From NCBI GenBank assembly GCA_965649825.1, contig OZ287694.1:867197-931196 (forward strand): DNA of 64,000 nt, given 5' to 3'. Within the stretch, counting starts at the first letter, position 1. Every line of letters begins with the position of its first letter. Origin of the DNA: Penicillus capitatus (taxonomy: Eukaryota; Plantae; Chlorophyta). The notes beneath the pieces are model-generated. The model saw only the letters and a program-made list of their open reading frames with translations, was not told the DNA's origin and ran no database searches. Below, one piece after another: positions 36,418 through 49,259 of this stretch. A program made the translations under genes and the position numbers.

Positions 36418-37449
36418 TTCACAGATCCATCGATGGGATCTGGCTCGATTCCTTCGTGCACCAGAGGTGATTGGCATCTGCTTCGGTCTGGATGGCTCCG
36501 GACAATTCTGGCGCCAGGAGATCATCGATGGGGCTCGATGGAGCCTTGTGATGCTCTGGAGTGACCACAGTGGCTTCGGCTGGCATGGCTTCGGACGATT
36601 CTGGTGTAGAGTCAGGGCACCTAAAGGTCAGTATATGGCTTCGTCGGTTTTGGGGCATTGGAGTGACAAACCTTCTAAAGGACTCCGGAGCAAAAGGTTG
36701 GGCTTCGGCTGGCGTATCTTCAGACGATTCTGGTGCAGGACCATTGATGGTGCTTAACTGGTGGAGCTGGCGCAGCTGAGGGGCATTTTCAACTTCGGCC
36801 GGAATAGCTTTGAACGACTCAGCTGCAGAGCCAGGGCAGGTAGCATTCCACACTGATCAGCTACCAAGCTGAACGTAGATCCTGACAACATTACCATAAT
36901 CATCCACCATGAGCCATCGTATTCTTACTTCTTTCAAAGTCCGTGTCCAGCACGACTGGAGAACCGTCGAAGGGCGCGGCAGGGATCTGAGGGTGCCTCG
37001 GCCATTCTCCTCGACAGCCGCGCGGCCAAGCGCTTTTTCTGAGTCGTCTTTAACCGCGCGCGTTGTTGCACCATAGGGTGCCACGCTGAACTGTGCGTCA
37101 CGTCTTCGGCTAAGGCCGCCTAGAACAACGTGAGCATCCGACAGAGGCTCAGATGGGATCGCACATGAAGATGTGGCGGCGGCTGCGTCTCGACGGGATT
37201 TCTCAGCGGGAGTTCGCAGTCGCGAGAAAGAAAGAACAAGCGTTCGGAGAAAGTATCGAATGGTTCGAGTTCGCTGTCAAATACCCGGATAGTGAGGTGA
37301 CCCCTGGGCAGGATGAGTCAGCGACGAACGAGGGCCAAGGAAAAGCGCCCTTCGAAATCTCAGAAGGATCTCTGAAAAGACAGCATCTGTTCGGATCGTC
37401 GGCGAAGTGGCTTCGCCCGAAGCTTTTGAACCCGCAGTTAGAGAGAAGA

Positions 37450-38739
37450 ATGCCTCGAGTCGCAGCATTCTTGTCGTCGGAGGAACGGGAACGCATGAGC
37501 GTCGGGTCTCCGCATCTCTCGACCCCACAACACCAAACAGCGTTACTCGATCGTAGGTCGTGCGCAAGCCGTTGGATGGTGGGTACGACGTTCGCTGCAT
37601 CGTCCGAGCGCGGCAGAATCCACCAGACTTCTTGCGGGACTTGGGTGCCACGACGGTTTTGGTGAGTCACTCGTATGGGGAGGCCCTCTCCTGTGCTAGA
37701 TGCAGATCGGTGTTCCTCGCAGGCCGATCTGACGAACCCCGCATCGCTGCCTGCTGCAATTTTCGGAATTCATACCGTCATCGACTGCGCCACGGCACGG
37801 CCAGAAGAATCGGCGCAGAAGCTCGATTGGGAGGGCAAAGTTGCTCTCATTCAATGCGCCCAAGTGTGACCAATGCAGAGGTCACACACCTTTCTTCACA
37901 CACCTCTCCTGACGCAGGCGGTGGGGATTCAGCGATACATCTTCTTCTCCATCTTTAACTGCGACAAGCATCCAGAGGTCCCACTGATGAACATCAAGAC
38001 CTGCACCGAGGAGTTCCTGGCAGAGAGTGGAATAAACTACACCATCTTCCGGTCGTGTGGATTCATGCAGGTTGGCCGGTCGTGTGCACACAAGGCAGCG
38101 ATTGGGTGTTGACTCCGTGCAGGCTATCATCGGAAACTACGCGGCTCCCATTCTGGAAGAGACTCAGGTGTGGAGTACAGACGACGACACGCGCACGTCG
38201 TACCTCGACAGTCAAGACATCGTTCGGATGACGATGGCCGCTCTCTGCAACAGAGAGACATTTGGTAAGGGAAACGGTGCCGGTCGATCCTTCTGATCCG
38301 TCATCGGCTGCTGCTCCAGGCAAGACGTTGACGTTGGCAGGGCCGAAGGTTTACACGACAGACGAGATCATCGAGATGTGCGAGAAGAGAGCGAATGCCA
38401 CAGCGAAGGTCACAAAGGTCGGGTGTCCATCACGGTGAAGACAAGAGACCGTCATGACAGGAGCACTCGTAGGTGCATGTGGGCGTCCCGAAGGCAACAC
38501 GGGCGTTTCTCCGCGGTCTTCAGTGGGCCAAAGACGCTGCCGATCGATTAGCCTTTGCCGAAGTGCTCTCTTCGAACGAAGTCTTCAGCGCTGAGATGGA
38601 AGAGACCATGAAGCTGCCGCGAATCGACCCGGCCTCCTTTACCACGGTTGAATCCTACTTGGACGAGTATTTCAAACGCATCCTATCGAAATCGAAAGAG
38701 GTGGCCGCCACAAGCAAGCAGACGGATTTCTACATATAA
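37450..38739 (+). pseudogene. HCF244: HCF244/Ycf39-like (NmrA-type atypical SDR) gene, probably non-functional duplicate
   Basis: GIHTVIDCATARPEE, DWEGKVALIQCA, NCDKHPEVPLM, DRLAFAEVLSS and QTDFYI-TAA match HCF244, with introns retained. Rossmann GTGTLGR reads GTGTHER; other radical changes (KPLDGGY, RDLG, RSCGF, VPKA, LPRID); degenerate first donor; no clean in-frame start (TGA upstream in frame). Confidence 0.8.
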
Positions 38740-39111
38740 CCCAGACATGTTGAAAAGACCGATTGCTCGTGCATTTTGTGGAAAGGCCTCTCGCTTCAGT
38801 GGGTCCTAGATTTTCGATCTGCCTCAGCTTATTATTGCCTGCAAGACCCATACGGAACTTCATGTTTTGGTAGGACAAGAGCCGAAACCCTGAGGCCGAT
38901 TTCGTACTGCTGGATGCAGTTCGCGTACTGGGGACTTTGCAGGCTGAGTTCCGGCGTCAAGCCCCCGGCAGTGCGTGGACCGACAGCCGGCGTTGCATTC
39001 ACCGTCTCCAATGTCCACGACAATGATGCGACGGACGTCTCCACAATGAGCTCATGTCGTCAGTAACGTCGCCGGTCTCTCTGTCACAGCTTTTGGCGGG
39101 AGTCGTCCGTC

Positions 39112-39887
39112 ATGACGCAGCGAGGTGGTCGCATCCATCTGCTCGAACGGCACAACTTCAAGTCTTACGGTGGCGTCGTGACCATCGGACCCTTCCGCTC
39201 GTTCACTGCGATCGTCGGCCCTAACGGCTCCGGCAAGTCGAATATCATGGACGCCATCAGTTTTGTCCTGGGCGTAAGGACGGAGCATCTTCGAGGACGT
39301 CTCAAAGATCTCCTTTACGAACGAGGCAATGGCCACGCGACGCACGAAGGTGTCAAGCTGGTCTACGAGCAAAGCGACGGCAAGCGCATCGAGTTTCCGC
39401 GCGGGATCGTTCCTTCGAGGCCATCGACGACGTTCACTACACGAGCGAGAATCGCATGGATGACCAGGTTGTGACGGCAGAGGCATATCTTCAAAGATTC
39501 CAGGGATGTGGCATCCTCGTCAAGGCGCGCAATTTTCACGTGTTTCAGGCGAGTCCAAGAGGAGAGCGGGCGAGTGTTGGAATGCGGTGTGCGGACAGAT
39601 AGGGCGATATCGAGTTGCTCGCGGATTCGTCCAATACAGCCGACGAAGATGTTCGAGCATGTTTTCGGATCTTATCGGCTCGCTCAGGAGTACGAGAGAT
39701 TGAAGGCATAGAAGAAAGAGAGAAAGCGTACTGATGCAGCTCTATGGACGCAAGAAAAGTCTCTTGTCTAAGGCACGACAGAAGAAAAGATAGATGGCTG
39801 AAGCCGAGAAGCACCGTAGGGCTGAAGCAGAATTTAGAAACGAACTTCTGGGGATCTCTGCATGGCGAGTTCTACACAATGGAGCAG
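39112..39887 (+). pseudogene. SMC1: 5' fragment of cohesin SMC1 with frameshifts and stops
   Basis: NFKSY, Walker A GPNGSGKSNIMDAISFVLGV, GILVKARNFHVFQ, EYERLK and EAEKH are found in changing frames. In-frame TAG at 39709 and 39791. Only the first ~230 codons of a >1000-aa protein. Confidence 0.9.
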
Positions 39888-40085
39888 GTAACGTGGACGG
39901 GCGCCGTAGAAAACCGCCTCATTTCTGACAATTGACACGAAGGTGGTGCGACGGACCTTCTAACATTTGCCTGGCTGAAAGTATATGTTGGGAATCGAGT
40001 GTAAGAGTGGTTCAGACGATAGTCGAGTCCTTGCGCGTTGAGACGACGGAAACGCAATCAGATTTGAGGCAATACGAATAGGAGT

Positions 40086-40295
40086 TGTTACAAGGTGAAA
40101 TGTCGACCTTATATACCCAGGGTGGTTATGGACTTCCTAACCTTACGTCCTAACAGCTGCGAACTCCTAGTGCATGCAGCATAACCACACCCCTTACGTT
40201 ATGGGGAAGTTAGGTCGAGAGCCGACATCCGTCGCGACCGATGGTCGGCGCGCCTGGATGGTTATGTGACGGCTCCACCGCTTCCGGTGGTTACA
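40086..40295. other. ~210-bp stem-rich element with TGTTAC...GTTACA ends (solo-LTR-like or structured RNA)
   Basis: TG...CA termini with imperfect inverted repeat and several complementary pairs (see findings). No target-site duplication and no second copy in the window. Confidence 0.3.
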
Positions 40296-40313
40296 CAGAT
40301 GACAGTTAGATGT

Positions 40314-41080
40314 TCATTTCCTACAGTATATCAAAACACGACACTTCATCGCAGAAATCCACGAACCGTGTACGCTCCGAAGAAGAGAAGAGCGTTGTTC
40401 TGTGACAAGTGAGAGGCCTGCTGTCTGTCTCTGATTGCTGACCGCAATACTGCCGTCAATTGCTACTGTCTCGCCGAAGATTTGGAGGTTCCGCAATGAT
40501 TGATCGTTAACTTCTCCTGTTCTCACGGAGAGAGAGAGACTCACCTAAAAGACACCATAGAAGATGCATCGTACACTTGTACGATTCGAGAAGGATTGTC
40601 GGCGGCTGTAAGGACCATTTTGATTGAAAGCAACTCTTCGGCCAATAAACATTCTAATAACAGATTCGTTACACGAATCGTTCGACATGAGAAGTCGACG
40701 GACAACACTAGTGGCGGAGGAATCTCCAATCTGTCCATTTCAACACGGACAGGAAAATAACTTGGGTATGCTCTGAGGACATGTGTCAGCTTAGATCTAG
40801 TGTCGACCAGAGTCCCAGACACATCACCAGATCATCTGGTCTTAATTTTACGGAGAACACAGAGAATTCATTTATAGCTGCATGAATCTTTTCGAGTGGA
40901 ATAAAATAACCTCAAGAAGACAGGCAATGTCTTCAGAATGAGGAGGCTTGACGAGTCGATGTCGAACGACATCATACACGTGTAACGTTGAATGTGTACT
41001 GCTGAAGAAAAGAAAGAATACTGCAGTTTAAAACAGTCGTTTTTCAAGTTTGGATATTCAGAGAAATGCAACCGACCCAT
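40314..41080 (-). CDS. Possible uncharacterised or decayed multi-exon gene
   Basis: Three consecutive minus-strand ORFs (40868-41080, 40541-40822, 40314-40544) with a gtgagt donor near 40540. No recognised domain. Confidence 0.25.
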
Positions 41081-41181
41081 AGATGCAGTAGACAGTTTTA
41101 TGTGTCATAGTAAGAAAGTACCACGCAACTTTGCATATCCAGTAGGGATAGTCTAGCGGTCTTGAAAAGGCCGCTTCACAT

Positions 41182-44100
41182 TTAGACAGTCGTACCGTGT
41201 GGCGTTTGAGTATCACTTGTGTCAGATGAGGTTCTAGACAGATAGTGCTGAAAGAAACGAGAAATTCGAGTCAAGATAAAAGCTTGGAGTACACGAATCA
41301 TGCTCCAATCCTGCACACCTTCAATGCCTTCATCTTCCATCACGGCTCGTAGATAGACATCGGCAGATTCGAGGAGCTTATAGAGCAAGAAAAGAAAGAA
41401 ACCACAAATGATGACCGACAGCAACACGGTGAGCAACGCCCTAGAGGTATCCGAAGTCCGATCATCGTTGAAAAACAGACCGGACGCGAAAATAAGTTGT
41501 GTAATGAACAGGGAAGCCGTTTCGTAAGTATTCAGGCGATCAAACCTCTCCTTGAAGGGCTGACAGCAGACGTGTGTGTAGCAGGCCAGCATCAGCATAC
41601 ATACAGCGAGAATTCCTTGAATGTTTGTTCCTAGAGGGTAAGAAAAGACGACAAGGACCGCCAACACTGCTTTTCTCAACATCACGATGGATTCCCAGAA
41701 AACAAAACGATCCTTGTATGCTCGACACAAAAAACCGGTGGCCTCAAAAAGCCAAGAATTCTTTGCGGGATCCATGGAGCGCTGCTTGATGAGTACATAA
41801 GCTAAAATGATGGGCATGCCGAAGGAGACAGCAGCGACGATGGGCCATCCAATGATGGCAGCAAGGATACCGTGCGCACCTTTGTAGCATTCTAGAGAAG
41901 TGTCCAATGCCCAATGGCTTGTCGTGTGATCGAAGTCGGCGATGATAGAATCGTGTACGTCGACACAGTTGAGTATGTTGACGCCTGTCTTGGTAACGGA
42001 GACGTAGGTCATGTATGCCACTGCCAGAAAACTGAGCAATGCTCTCTTGATAAAGTACCATATGTTTTCATTCACCCTGCGCGTCACAAAGATCCAGAGA
42101 GCCATGTAGAAGATCAGAAGTCCAGCAGGTACAGTCAGGTGGATCACGGATCGAATCACAGATCGCGGAGGGTCGTTCTCCGTTCCGAACCAACAGTCAA
42201 CGGCGACCAGGACACTCTCCGTCGTTGCACCACTCAAGATATCTGCCAGTAAAAAGTGATCGAAGTTTAGTAACCTGTGAGTGGTCTTGCCTGCAAAGGA
42301 GAGCAGTGAACGCATCCATCTAGTCCAATTTGCATTAATGATGACCGCCGAAGCAGTTACTTGGAGGAAGTTGACCATAATCTATAGCAGAGGAAAGTCA
42401 AGATGTGGCGAGAAGATTTTGATCGGAGACATACCTTGAAGATCTCGACAGAATATTCTTTTGCCAGGATTGGGTCTTTTTGGTTTGATGGGACATGTGG
42501 ATCTGAAGGGCACGAACTTGTCTCGGCGATTTCGGCACGTGGTTGTTGTTGGTCAGGCAGTGTTTCTGCCAATTGGCCGCTCTCTGCACCATGCATCGTC
42601 CGTTTTGTCGATGATCGAAGATGGACGGTGTTTTTCTTGCTTGTGCCTTGAATAAAACTCTGATGTGGCAACTCTTTGCGAAGATTGCTCCAGATGACGG
42701 AGCCTGAGAGAAAGAGCAGAACTACCACAGAGAGGACGAATAAAAAAGCCGTTTCTAAATCATCTCGACACTCCTGACATTCGTTGTATTGCGTCCTTCC
42801 ATACCCTGAATCGCAGGATCCACAGAGAACATCTTTATATCCCTGATAATAACCTCTTACTCTCTGCAGAATCAAAGTGAAGAGCACACCTTTTTGCACT
42901 GGGCCTGAGAGTACTCTTCATCCGAAGTCTCAGTTAACGCACAGCTGCTCAGGTCTTGCGTTGCTGTACTCATTTTCTCTTCTCTTTCAGCAAAATCACA
43001 GGCCTCTCGTGATACACACTGCTGGACATGTCGAGAACAGGGCGTTCGATGCCAGTAGCCTGCGTTAGGATGGATGACTTCGGTGGTGCAGTTTCCGTTC
43101 TCTGGACAAAGCCGACACGTCGTTGCATCTGGATCGAAGTTGTACTGCGATCCGCTGCAGAGAACACAGAGTGTCCCGTTCTGTTGGGAAAACTCTCCCA
43201 GTTGGCATCCTCTGACTTGGACCTCGAAGATCAGCGATTCCATTCCAGATTCCCCGAAGTCGATTTGGATCTCGTACCGGCCCGGGTGCTGGAATCCTGT
43301 AATGGGTGGAAAGCCTTCCCGTTTCTCTTTCACTTGCATCTTGATCTCTCCAGAGAACAGATCGTCCGAAGAACGCATGGTTGCCTCGACGAATGCGTCG
43401 CCTTCGCCGAGCGCAGGACTTTGTCCATACCCATCCAGGACCTCGACGAGAAGCGTTGGCAGGGAGTCGCCACTTCGGTGATTCTTGGAAACGAGTTCGT
43501 TGTTCTTGACCGGCTTCTCGTTGTTCATTGCATCGCTGTCGACTGTGAATCCCCTGGCGGATCTGGCAAATGAGGCGATGTTTGGGCCGTACAGGTCAGC
43601 CTCGTTTGCAGACCACTCCGGACAGATATCCTTGGCGGATTCCAGTACTTTTAATTCTCTCAAAAAATCTTTCGCATCGATCTCGAGAGGGACTTCTGTG
43701 TCTTTGGGCGAACAAGAGTAACGTAGAACCGTCGGATCCTTCAGAAAAACGGCACCTCCTGATCTCCATGCCTTATTCTTTGAGAAACTGCTTCCTGTTA
43801 CTGCGACGAACGTGCAAGACGCATCCGTTGATGAGCATGTTTCTGGTGGGCGCTTGGTAACAACGTGTAGGCCACCTAAAACAGGACTACTCAGAGCACG
43901 AATTATTGGCGAATAGAACGACCTCCAAGGTCGGCTTTGTTCTTGTCGAAGGCACAATCGTTCAGACGAAGTGCCAGCGATTGGGGTCTGTCAGAGTCAA
44001 AACAGATGGCCCCTCCATGTTCGACAGCCCTGTTCGCACGGAACATGCAATTCGAACAGAACAGCGTCGAGGAGGCATTTGCGAAGATGCCTCCACCATC

Positions 44101-47100
44101 CAGTCTCGCATTACTGTCGCGTATTCGGACACCTGACGCTGTTAGGTTTGACTCCGACAACCAGACAGCACCACCCGTTTCAGCTGAGCAGCTCGAAAAG
44201 GCCGCTCCGTCGATCGTCACCGCACTCTTCGATGTCGCTGCAATGGACCCACCAGACAGGGAGACAACGTCGTTCTCGAACGTGGAAGCAGCGATGTGTA
44301 GACTCGAATCCTTCTCCAAGAAAATGGATCCTCCCATCGGCGCACGGTTCTCTTCGAAATCTGTCCGGCGCACCGTCATGCTCGCTTCCAGTACATATGC
44401 GGCACCTCCACGTTCAGTTGCCGAGTTTTTCTCCAGACGGGTGCGATCAAGCGTGACACTGCTCTGTCCGCGGATCAGGATAGCGCCGCCTCTTCTGGAG
44501 CGACTGTCACGGATGAGGGAATCCGAGATTTCGGACGTGCTGGATCTGCCACCAAAAATGCACCCTCCGTCTTCAACGGCAGAGTTATTGCGAAACGTGA
44601 CGTTTCTGACGACAGTTGTGCCCTCGCTGTGAATGGCGCCTCCGACATTTTGTGCATGATTGGACGATAGTGTCGAGTCTTCGAGAATGATCACTCCCTC
44701 TCTGACGACGCGAATTGCAGCACCATTCCTCGCAGTGCTCGACTCAATGCTGCAGCCGACGATACGGATCATCGCATTCTGATTGTGGACGGCGCCACTG
44801 TCCCCGGCAGAGTTTCCCTGGAGCACGGAGTCGAACAGCGTGAAGTTTGTCTCGTCGACCAGAGCGATTCCGCCGCCAAGCTCGGAGCAACGATTGTCTC
44901 GAAGCGTCAGATTTCTGCCAATGATGACTGGACATAGGGTTGCGTCCAACGCCCCGCCAGAGTTAACGGCTTCGTTTGACAGGAACTGCACGTCTGTGAC
45001 CGTCATGTTACTGTCGTGACAGGTAAGGCCGCCGCCACGACCTTCGTTAGCTCTGTTCTGTGTAAAAGTCGCATTGCGAATGACGATGTTTGCGGACAAG
45101 ACATCCACCCCGGCTCCACGATCACCTGAGTTCTGCATGACGAGAGAGTTCCTGATAGCAATCGACGTTCTCGTAGCAGCGACGCCGCCGCCACCGCCTT
45201 TCGCACGATTTCTCACAAATGTGTCCTCAACGGACTCGCCGCTTCCGAACTCAACGGACAATCCGGCACCCGAGTGTGCTTCGTTAGACGTATATGAAGA
45301 CGCTTGTGAGGTGATGTTTGATCTCTCGGTGGACAATCCACCTCCGTTTCTTCCTGCTCTGTTCATGGTCCAGGTGGCCTGTTGGATAACGGCACTGCGA
45401 CTTTCGAGGATATGTGCACCACCTCCGTGTACTCTGGCCGAGTTGGCATCGAAGGTACAACGCTGAATCGTCACGTCTTGCGCGTCATGGGAATCCAGAC
45501 CACCACCAGTTGTATCTGCTCTGTTGGATGTTACGGTACATTGTATCATCTCCAATCTGGAGACGTGCCTGAGGAGAATACCGCCGCCACGGTCGCGTGC
45601 CTCATTCGCTGTAATTGTTGTGTTGAAGATACGGCTATTGGATATGTCTTCCAAATGAACAGCGCCTCCGTGATTTGCAGCGTTGTCGGAAAGAAGAGAT
45701 TCCTGGATAGTAACATCGCCGAAGGATCTGGATGACTCCAAGCATCCACCCTTTTCAGACGTGTTATTGCGACACTGTATGTCGAACACGCTCGTCTGTG
45801 CAACATCCACGAGACAAACTGCCCCTCCAAACGTGGAAGCGTCGTTATTCTCAAGAATAGAGAACTGTATGTCTAGGGATTCCCTCTCGACGAGAATGGC
45901 TCCTCCTCGATCCCTAGCCAGGTTGCTTCGAAAGGAGCAGTTGCGGATTCTCAGGTCGGTATTTGTGGAAGCGACGGCTCCGCCGCTCTCCGCAGCGTTG
46001 GACTCGAAGCTGCAGTTAGAGAGAGTGAGCTGCTCAGTGACATTGGACAGAATTGCGGCTCCTGACAGGACGGCATCGTTGCGGTGGAAGGCGCTGTCGG
46101 CGATGCGGACCCTTGAAGCGCGGTTGAGCACGATCGCCGAAGCTCCTCTATTTCCTTCAAACTCGGCCTCCGTGATCTCCATCTCGCCGTTGTCGACTCG
46201 AATCGACGAGAGTCCATTCCCCCTCGAGGCGAGACCGGAGACAGAGGAGTTGGACTCCGGCGGCATCAACATCAACGACTGAGGCGCATCTCCCGGAGAC
46301 AGTCGGACGTTTCTCTCCAGCACCACTCGGCGCAGCGTGTTCCTAGAGGAGAGGCTCCCGAAGCAGCCGTCCCCGCACACGTTGTCCGAGAAGGCAACGT
46401 CCACCATCTCGATGGCGGAGCACGCCCTTCGGTCCACCGAGATACCGCGCGCTCCATCCAGAGAGTTGTTGCGGAAGGTCACATGGTGCAGCCGAACGGT
46501 TCCCTCCGTCGCGTTGGGACCGCACCCGCCAACCTGAACAATCGATCTGTCTTCTCTTTTCAGAGAGCATCTCTGGAAGACGATGTTCGCGATCGTCACG
46601 TCCGGCGACCTGCAGCAGACCAGCTTGTATTTCAGGAGAGCGAGTCGGCGGCAAGGACTCGCCTGATGAAGAAGATGCCCTGCTTCTTCGGACACCTGAA
46701 TGTCGCCTTGGCTGCCTGTGGGGATACGCCGTCTTCCAGTTCTGTATTCTCGTCGGAAGACGCAGTCAGTGTCAGGTTCCACGAAATGACGACTGTCGTC
46801 GCCGGACGAATCACGTCGTTGCTCCTGATTCGAATGACATCCTTCTCTTGCGTGCAGTTAACAACGGCACCAAAGTCGATTCTCATATTCCTCAAGGTCT
46901 CGCTGCTCACTGTCCATATCCTCTCGTCCCTGTCAAAGAACCTGGAGATCTCTGCATCTGTGAGCTGGCAATCTGTTCCTGTCCAGAAACATCTGCCTCA
47001 GCAATTGAGAATCTCCATGGTTTGTTTCCTTTACTTTCAGTAGCCGGCTCAGTAGTCGGGTCTCTGTCGATCTGTTGCAATTTACGCCTGATGAAAGTTT

Positions 47101-47577
47101 CATACACCTACAGCAAAAGAATAAGATGGAATAGAAAGTCAAATCTTCATGGACCTGTGAATGCTTTGCAGAGGCATCTCCTATTCCATCAACTGTCGGC
47201 TGAACCACCGAACGAAGCTTTCCTACTCAAAATTCCTCCTCGGTCTTGATCAACTTATAATACATTTAAACGAAAGCTGACATTCAGTCACATCCAAAAA
47301 AAGATCATATGCCTCGTTCCAGCAGAGTCTCGCAAAGCACGGCAAAGCAAAGTCGAAAAAGATGTCTCCCCAGCAAAACTGAAATGGCGACGAAGGTAAG
47401 GTTGACAGTGACTCGTTTACCTGTCTGGCTTTCTGTGTATGTCCGTTCACAACTTCCGCTGTCGTTCTCTGCCTCGACGGTCTTCGTGTAAATCAGCAGC
47501 GAAAGCGCCAAGAAGACCAAGACACGGCATTTCTCCGAGTGGAGCCTTATAAAAGAGTGAAACGCCCTTGCCGCCAT
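41182..47577 (-). CDS. Receptor-like protein copy 4 (head type I, mosaic)
   Basis: Signal peptide MAARAFH...VLVFLALSLLIYTKTVEA; beta-helix exon ~43918-46610; stalk 42872-43860; TM exons 41182-42860. Ends GTTV-TAA. Confidence 0.85.
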
Positions 47578-48647
47578 GGAACACGTTTTCTTCAACGGTT
47601 TAGCAAGCAGACCACGACGTTGGCACGTCGCTTCCATTCTATCCATCACTGCTATACAGATTGCGTGCAAGGTAGGTCCATCTAGACCCTGATGATCTAT
47701 TCACGAGTGGAGGTCTAAGCTCTTCTCTGCCGACTTCCGAATGCGAGTCTGTCGATATCTTGCACCCACTCTATGCTCTACGGAACAGCTGTTGTGCCGG
47801 CTTAGCCCAATCTTTCTTCGACTGCCGCGTTCGTTCAGCCAAAGGACCATCAGAATGTTGCCGAGAAATCATATGTCTCGAAACAATTAGTAATAGCAAG
47901 ATCGGGTCGATACCGCGTCCAATTGCCTCTGTGATGTTCGGCAATTATGAGAACGGGTACGGATTCATGAAGGTGTGATCGGCAAAGCCTCTAAAGCACT
48001 CTTGTCAATGTCTTTCTATTGAGTTCGTTCGGATCTGTGGGTTCTGCTGACGACCCTTCTTCCCTTGTAAGTTGAGAAAACGAGATCCACTGGTTGGACG
48101 TCGATAGAAAAGGTAACGCATCAAGCATAGATTGAAAATTACCCCGTCGCTTACCTCCGGATTGTTGTTCTAGAGTACGACGGTTTGGACGCGAACAAAC
48201 ACAGACTGCTGCTCAATTATTCAGCCCAAGAACGAAGGAGCGTGAACATCCTTCGGAACGCTCCGGGTTGCGCTTTTTAACAGCGCTGCCTCCGAGTCGT
48301 CAGTCTTCAATGCTTTTTAAAGAACTTAGACGTCTCACCGACGATTGCTAAATCCCTGCCACGACCTTTTTCCATAGCTGTTTAGAAACCGCGTTCGAGA
48401 ACGGGTGACTGACTTGCTGTCGTGTGAAACGAGTGCAAACAAGGGGATTAACATCTTCGTCGAGAAATCACATACACGACTGTCATCACTCCCAAAACGA
48501 AAAGACAGACAAGACAACAAAGTAAAGACAGTGACCCCCTCGTTTTCTTGAATACGTGAAGTGAACACGTGGGTATGATCTTGTTACGGACGGCGCTCAA
48601 ATCTGGCGTCCTTCCTTCCCCTTATCCTCGGGGATTATAGAACCTAT

Positions 48648-49259
48648 TCATTCTTCGTATGCAAAATCCTCAAGATCCACTCCAGGTGGCAGCGGTCCCA
48701 CAGGTATCCCGATCGGTACCCGTTTAAATAACACGCCGTCAGGCGTTTGTGAAAAAGGCACTCCTGCCTGAAGTAGAGCCAAAGCGACGAGTTCGGATTC
48801 CTCGTCCTCTGCGTTCACACGAAAGCTGCGTACAGGAACGAAATGCAGAATCTTGCACGTCGGTATGCCAGTAGTATTCGTGCAGCTTTTTTGCACTCGG
48901 GTGTCTGTTTTTCGATCGACGTAGACACCCCCGAGAAAAAACCCCCAATGACGATCCTGTAATCGTGGCACCTCCATTTGATCATCTTGATCGATTTCGA
49001 GCTGTCTCTCCGCCTCGAAGTCTGGGTCTCGCTTTGTAATTTCGACTTGCTCTGTTGCCGAGGCAATCGCCACTGTAAACAACAACCGTTGTCCACCTGG
49101 GCTGGTCATTGTGATCAAATCGCACCTGCATTGCGGAAACAGCAGAAACAGACAGTGGCCTAAAGCACGACGCAGAACACATTGTGAATGTTGCGTTAAC
49201 ATAGCGTGAGCAAAGAAATGCCGCCGTACCAGAAGGAGAAAGTGTGAGAACGCGAACAT
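48648..49259 (-). CDS. Small secreted preproprotein C (type I)
   Basis: MFAFSHFLLL|ATVCFCCFRNAV|AIASATEQ with 70-nt (phase 0) and 53-nt (phase 1) introns around a 34-nt micro-exon. Contains RLQDRHWGFFLGGVYV and C-terminal ALLQAGVPFSQTPDGVLFKRVPIGIPVGPLPPG. Confidence 0.8.
   Translation of the reverse strand: MFAFSHFLLLVRRHFFAHAMLTQHSQCVLRRALGHCLFLLFPQCRCDLITMTSPGGQRLLFTVAIASATEQVEITKRDPDFEAERQLEIDQDDQMEVPRLQDRHWGFFLGGVYVDRKTDTRVQKSCTNTTGIPTCKILHFVPVRSFRVNAEDEESELVALALLQAGVPFSQTPDGVLFKRVPIGIPVGPLPPGVDLEDFAYEE

Larger units (their letters stand above)
33712..37084 (-). pseudogene. Unidentified decayed gene interrupted by the repeat-flanked insertion
   Basis: Coding-like fragments on both sides of the insertion: 36419-36853 has PESSEDTPAEA/PESSEAMPAEA repeats and a plausible intron; 33712-34430 has short broken ORFs. 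In-frame stops. No family recognised. Confidence 0.3.

Noticed and set aside
46620-46782. N-terminal extension MEPDTDCVF... of ORF 43903-46782 (and 20245-20634)
   Set aside because: It is an alternative-frame read of the upstream exon running through an intron; the true frame is VVNCT...WNLTL...FRCP as in the other copies.
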